A DNA stretch of 63,469 nucleotides, counting the filler, from Nemertoderma westbladi (lineage: Eukaryota > Animalia > Xenacoelomorpha), in assembly GCA_032718475.1 (NCBI GenBank). It is 3 parts of 3 records of this genome, joined end to end, with 100 filler letters (N's around TTAATTAATTAA, not from the genome) between each part and the next. Parts side by side here need not be neighbours in the genome. Positions count along the whole stretch, not along the records: positions 54,356 to 63,469 come from JAUCBJ010000632.1; 2 more parts are not named here. One strand, written 5' to 3'. The notes below the pieces were generated by a model that was not told the origin of the DNA, did no database searches, and was given only the letters and a program-made list of their open reading frames with translations. Both the position numbers and the translations under genes were made by a program. Shown piece by piece: positions 57,859-63,469 of the stretch (positions within the stretch are counted from its first letter, which is position 1; each line of letters opens with the position of its first letter).

Positions 57859-58753
57859 GCGTACTGCAAGGTGACACATTAGCACCAGTACTATTTGTAA
57901 TTGTGCTGGATTACGCAATGAGGACGGCCACAAAGGGTGAAGATCTGGGATTCATACTTCAAGAACGCAGAAGTAGTAGATATCCGGCAACTACAGTCAC
58001 AGACACCGACTTTGCGGATGACATCGCCGTGCTCTCTAATACGCTAGCAGATGCACAGCTTCTACTAAATAAAGTGGAGAGGGCTGCTAAGGAGGTTGGA
58101 TTGAATATAAATGCTACCAAGACCGAATTCATGACCTTTAATATTGATGGAAACTTGACAACCATTGATAATAATCAACTAAGGAAGGTCGATGACTTCC
58201 AGTACCTTGGATCATGGATAGAGAGTAGCAAAAAGGACATAGAAGTTAGGAAAGCAAAGGCTTGGGTAGCTCTATCAAAAATGGATACCATCTGGAAATC
58301 AGATCTCTCCAGGCACCTGAAGACTAAGTTCTTTCGAGCCACAGTGGAAAGTGTATTTTTATAAGGGGGTGAGACCTGGACACTGACTAAATCACTTGAA
58401 CAACGAATTGATGGTTGCTACACAAGACTACTAAGGGCAGCCCTAAACATCAGCTGGAGACAGCACATGACAAACGCCGAGCTTTATGGTACAATACCAC
58501 CTGTATCAACCACCCTCCGTGAACGCAGATTAAGATTCAGTGGGCACTGCTGGCGAAGTAAAGACGAGGTCATACCAGATCTACTTCTCTGGCAACCAAC
58601 TCATGGAAAGCGTAGTCGTGGACGACCTGCCATAACATATATAGATCAACTTGAAAGGGATACTGAACTTGGGAGAAACGAAATTGCGACAACTATGGAG
58701 AATCGGGAAGCCTGGAAGGATCTCATTTCCACTGTCCGAGTTCGCTCGACCTA
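57859..58753 (+). mobile_element. 5'-truncated RTE-clade LINE (family B)
   Basis: VLQGDTLAP, DTDFADDIA, FQYLGSW, FL*GGETW (premature stop 58362-58364), RRLRFSGHCWRS; distinct from family A at DNA level; probable (TAG)n tail displaced to 59205-59230. Confidence 0.9.
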
Positions 58754-59207
58754 CTACTACTACTACTACTAGGATCGGCATGCTGCATTGCAGCTGCATT
58801 TTTAAGAATGCTGTGCCGGCTTGTCAACAAAATTGCACCGCCACAACTCCCTATCACCCATGACATTTGCTAGATCATCCGCATCTTTAAGGCCAGTGTC
58901 CTTTAAGATGCGTCTCAAGAAAGTCATGGGCTGTCCACCATGCTTATTCACTCCATGAGGCTGCCAAAGTACAAGATTATGCACTGGCTGGTCCTCACGG
59001 CGAAAGCAATGTCCTGCAAAGCGGAGGCGATTTTGTTCTAGTGTCAAGCTTGGGGGAACCAATGAGACACCTCCAATGTTATATAGTGTCTGGTTGGAGA
59101 TGTGTGCATTGTACTTGACACAATGTACCCGGCGTAGCATTCTTGTGAATGTGCCATCCAGAGATTTGGTGTCCTCAGCAGTTAGAGCCCAGCATGGACT
59201 CCCGTAG
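58754..59207 (-). mobile_element. 5'-truncated 3' end of RTE family A
   Basis: Near-identical to 34451-34895 including the (TAG)n tail; ORF 58802-59140 matches the C-terminus of the 1105-aa ORF. Confidence 0.95.
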
Positions 59208-60776
59208 TAGTACCACTAGTAGTAGTAGTATATGTACAGTATTTCTGTTTTGTTTATAATATCTGGAATACATAAACATTAAACAGTAGTGATAAATTGA
59301 CCCTGCGAATTATTTTCCTTCACTATTTATAGAACTTATGCAATATAGCTAGCACACTATGCCTTATATTTCGTCCATTAATTTAGTTAAAATATAATTA
59401 TTTTATTAATAATATAATTTAACTAATAAATATTAATCAAAACCATTTCCTTCATTCCATATTTTGGACTTCAAGAAACTTTGCGAAGATGAGTTATTAA
59501 GTATTTCGAAAGTTCATTGTAATTTAACGTTAGTAATATTATTAATATCATTTAATAATTTAATTATTAAATAATTACAAATGGACTCCGCCAATTAATA
59601 TTGTTTTTCATTTATTTAATTCCATGCAACATTGCCAACATAACATGATAAGAATTTAGTCTGTTCATTTATTTTAAATAAATTTAATATTAGTAATATT
59701 AGTTAATAATTTAATTACTAAATAATTTTAAAAGGGCTCCGGGAAATATTTTCGTTTTTCCTTTTTTTGACTCAGGGCACCAAACCTTACATAAATATGT
59801 AAACAGAATTGGTGTTCATTTTACTTCACCAAGATGTCCACTCAAGGGTGGTGTGCACCCCACTGCCTCTAATGGCTTTGCTTTGTGATATACAAACGTA
59901 GCACCGGTATATTCTTAACGTTCGAGAATATATTTGGTTTATTCTACAACATTTCTTTAAAAGTTATAAAATTTCATATGCATAGGCCTATCAGATTAAA
60001 TAATAAATAAATAATTTAATATTTAAATATTTAAAAGTGAAATTGCACCATTCCAATCATGGCTATTCTTTACTTGAGTAACTTATTAACATATTACTAG
60101 ATAGTTTTGGTAAGCGGAATTTTTTTTTTTTTTTTTTTTAAGCACACCTATTCATGAGATAGATAGTGTAATGTTAATATTTCATAAATCATGTTTTTAA
60201 AAATTACTAGTTAGTCGATCACCTAATGTTCTAGAACACAATATTTTTTTTTTTAATGTTGCGTGGTGATATAGTCAGTGGTGGTATCACTATGCAAAAA
60301 GTACATAATTTCATTAATTAATATCAACATATCAAATGCGACTACATACGGAACTCTAGCCAATAAAACATAAAACGTACCCTATTTCATATATAACTGG
60401 GAACAGTTTTAACCATGCAATAAATAATTATTAATCAAATTAAATTAAACCACATCTCAAAAATAGAGTGGATGTATTCAATTACCCATTCGTGCCTCCT
60501 ATTATTAAAGAATGAATTAAAATTGTACAGTACATTGTAGTTGGTGAAATACTCTTCCATATCACTTTATGGAAATTCGTAGGCACTGGTGTCAAGTAAG
60601 GGACCCTTCTAATCTGCTAACTGAAATCACCTGCTAATCCTGAAATTTAGCAGGTGATAACAACCTAACTCTCGTTTATTGTTTTGGTTCCTTTCAACTC
60701 GCCTCTTTAACCTGCTCCTTTACTAACTGGGCACTAGTCAGCTAGTGACTTCAGTTTAGCTGATTTCAGGATTAGC

Positions 60777-60966
60777 AGGGATGAATTTTTATTGCGCCCA
60801 GTTTTCCCCCTATCTGAAAATTTGAAAACAGAAGCTTTACGAATTGGCACTGGTGTCAAATAGGGGACACTCGTACTATTTGACACCAGTGCCAATTCGT
60901 AAAGCTTCTGTTTTTCAAATTTTCAGATAGGGGGGGAAAACTGGGCGCAATAAAAAATTCATCCCT
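60777..60966. repeat. Near-perfect inverted repeat (~86-bp arms, short loop); MITE-like hairpin
   Basis: AGGGATGAATTTTTATTGCGCCCAG...GGTGTCAAATAG followed by CTATTTGACACC...CTGGGCGCAATAAAAAATTCATCCCT; arms differ only in homopolymer lengths. Confidence 0.88.
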
Positions 60967-61286
60967 CTCCAGGGGAAATTGGACGCAAATAACAGATGAT
61001 TACTCTCAAAAATAAAACTGTAACCTGTTCCATTGTGTTTAGTTTATTGTTTTGCTTAAAATATCGTGCCACTGTAACCTGCTCCTTTCCCTAAATTGAG
61101 GATTTAACATTGAGGCGGGATATTAATTCGCCAAGGCGGGTTTTGCGTCGAGTTTCCCCCCCCCCCCCCCCCCCCCCCTGTCTCCAAATTTTTATTCATA
61201 TTTTATAGTGAGGTCTTGCTGTGATAATAATAATAAAAAAAAGTAACATTTATGATAAATATAGTATTCGATATACGAAATTAATA

Positions 61287-63175
61287 ATGGCTGAACCGGA
61301 ACTGAAATCTGTTCACCAGAACGCCAACAATATCACATACACCTCCGCCAACGAGGGAGAAGTTCTTATTGATATGAAAGGAAAAACGATCTAACGAAAA
61401 TCTACGCGTGAAGGACTTCTGCAACTTAACGAGATGTTTGATATTTTTCTGCGCTGTTAATTGTTATCATTGGTGTTACAGTGTTAGTTGTGCTCAAACC
61501 ATGGAAAACCGAAGAAACTGAAAGTAAATTACAGATTGAGTTCGAGAATGCGGCTGTCTCTGCGGATCACGAGATTTGTTCGAATATCGGCGTTGATATC
61601 CTCAAACAGAACGGTTTCCGCGGTGGACGCTTGCCATAGCAACAGCGTTGTGCGGCTGTTCCATCCATTTCCACTCTTGTGGTTTAGGCGGCGGGTTCTT
61701 TATGATCGTCTACGATAAATCAACCAATCAGACGTCGACAATCGACGCGAGGGAAGTCGCGCCTCAAGCGGCCAACTCTACGATGTATGAAGGCCTTCCG
61801 GACGGATCGTCGCTAAACGGGGGGTTGGCCATCGCGGTGCCGGGAGAAATAGCCGGTTACTGGTTGGCCCACCAGAAATACGGACGAATTCCTTGGAAGG
61901 ATCTCTTCACTCCTACAGTAGAACTCCTGAGAAATGGATTCCCAATAAGCGAAATTACCATAAAATATATTAAAACTAGTGAGAGGAACAAGAAGAACAT
62001 CAACCAAAGTGATTATTTCCGGGGAATTTTGTTAGATAGTTCAGGAAATTTAAAGGAAGCCGGTGAAATTATAACATTCCCTAAACTTTCTGGAACTTTG
62101 GATTTTATCTCAAATGCCCGAAACGCAAGTGAACTGTTTTTATGATGGAACACTAGCGAACACTTTAGTGGAAGATCTGCAGAACTCCGGAAGTATTATT
62201 ACCAAAGAAGACCTTAAGGAGTACAAAGCTCTCGAAAAAGTTCCAATAACAATAGACCTTGGGAAATACAGACTAGTGACGACCACGGGTCCTTCTGGGG
62301 GACCAGTAGTTGCTATGATACTAGGAATAATAGAACGGTTTTAACTTCACAAGCGAGAGCGTTGCTACAATCGAAGCGCAAGCCAAAACCTTTCATAGGA
62401 TAGCCGAGAGCTTCAAATTCGCTTACGGTGCGAGAATGCATCTGGGAGACCCTGATAAAGTCGATGGTGTAGAAGAATTTATTGAGAAAATGATTTCTGA
62501 TGAGGTTATTAAATGGGTTGTAAAACATATTAACGAAACAACTAGCGCCGATTATAAAAAACTACAACATTTCTAACTTCCAGGAACCATCGCCAACTGG
62601 TACTTCTCATCTGTCTGTTTTGTCACCAGACGGTTCGGCAGTGTCTCTTACAACAACCTTAAACACTTTCGCAGGTTCCTTTGTTGTTTCCCCCAAGTAC
62701 TGGGATTATATTCAACAACGAAATGGATGACTTCAGTCAACCTGGAAAGGAAAACGTCTTCGATTTAGCTCCTAGTGAAGAAAATTTTATAGAACCGGGC
62801 AAACGACCACAAAGTTCTATGAGTCCTGTTATAATCTTAGATGATAATGATGATGTTGTTATGGTGTTGGGTGGGGCAGGTGGTTCTAAAATTATTTCCG
62901 CGGTTTCCCAAGTTATCGTAGACAGTCTCTACTTCGGCATGGATATTAAAGAAAGCGTCGATCGTCTTAGAATACACCATCAATTACTTCCGATGACGTT
63001 GAAATATGAGGAAGGTTTAGTTGATGAAATACGGAGTAATCTTATCGATCGCGGACATAAGTTACTCAAACTCACAGCTTCCAGTAGTAATGTACAAGCT
63101 ATTCTTCGTACAAAGGAAGGGATTATTCAAGCTTATGCTGATCCAAGAAAGGGTGGAGTGGCTGCAGGATTCTAG
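61287..63175 (+). pseudogene. GGT: Gamma-glutamyl transpeptidase (glutathione hydrolase), intronless, multiply frameshifted (pseudogene or assembly error)
   Basis: TM anchor near 61445-61495, AAVSADHEICSNIG, CGLGGGFFM, IDAREVAP, IAVPGEIAG, PSGGPV, catalytic GTSHLSV...TTTLN, NNEMDDFS, PGKRPQSSMSP, GGAGGSKI, RIHHQL, DPRKGG, spread over all three frames. Confidence 0.9.
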
Positions 63176-63469
63176 AATAATATAGATTCCATAAAAGAAA
63201 CACAGGAGTTGCGATGCGACATAAACAGTAGCAGTAACTAATGTTATCTTTATTTTAATTCTCTATTGATATAACTGGTGATATAATGAACTTTTATTCA
63301 TGTTTGTGTAAACAAATTGTAGATAATATTCGGTTCTTTTCTACTTTTAGAAATTTGAGACACTTTTAGTTCTTTGAGAAAATCTCAAAGAACAGATGCA
63401 CTTTGAGACCCCGACTGGTAGGTGTGTTTTCAAATTTCAAGCAATATGATAAAGATTTGTAGAAAAATC

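Larger units (their letters stand above)
56559..59855 (+). mobile_element. Chapaev-type DNA transposon derivative with foldback structure and two nested LINE fragments
   Basis: Termini CACACCACCCTTGAGTGGAC...GTCCACTCAAGGGTGGTGTG, 4-bp TSD CACC (56555-56558, 59856-59859); 56559-~57185 is the reverse complement of ~59240-59855; central transposase fragment. Confidence 0.85.

Noticed and set aside
47276-59207. RTE copy 2 and the 58754-59207 fragment as two halves of one split element
   Set aside because: They overlap by ~40 bp with different sequence; the fragment is near-identical to copy 1 whereas copy 2 is clearly more diverged.
1-63469. Genome-wide alternative genetic code or prokaryotic origin
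   Set aside because: SPPL2, FAM32A and the RTE ORF read cleanly in the standard code, the Chapaev and CRE fragments end in TGA at conserved C-termini, and the content is animal-type.

Overview
Repeat-dense animal (probably invertebrate) nuclear DNA in three segments joined by 100-bp N linkers carrying a TTAATTAATTAA six-frame stop (28940-29039, 54256-54355). There are three recognisable host genes, all without introns: an intact SPPL2-family aspartyl protease (4304-5911 +), FAM32A (27269-27667 -) and a frameshifted gamma-glutamyl transpeptidase (61287-63175 +). Most of the rest is nested mobile DNA: RTEX-like, RTE and CRE LINEs (one RTE with an intact 1105-codon ORF and a TSD), a decayed Gypsy element with a GGGAAAC frameshift site, a tRNA-derived SINE, and Sola2-, Chapaev- and P-like TIR derivatives. 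An 8-kb 29-bp satellite has a ~1386-bp higher-order repeat. The most notable items are (i) a head-to-tail array of non-autonomous Helitrons carrying ~48 internal ~147-bp monomers, each with a CTCF-like motif, plus a solitary monomer upstream of SPPL2; (ii) a 483-codon zinc-knuckle frame (30850-32298) interrupted only by three in-frame TGA codons; (iii) a Chapaev element built from two copies of its own right end; (iv) a satellite that is a dense array of consensus 5' splice sites. Family assignments rest on motifs recognised by eye; no database search was run.
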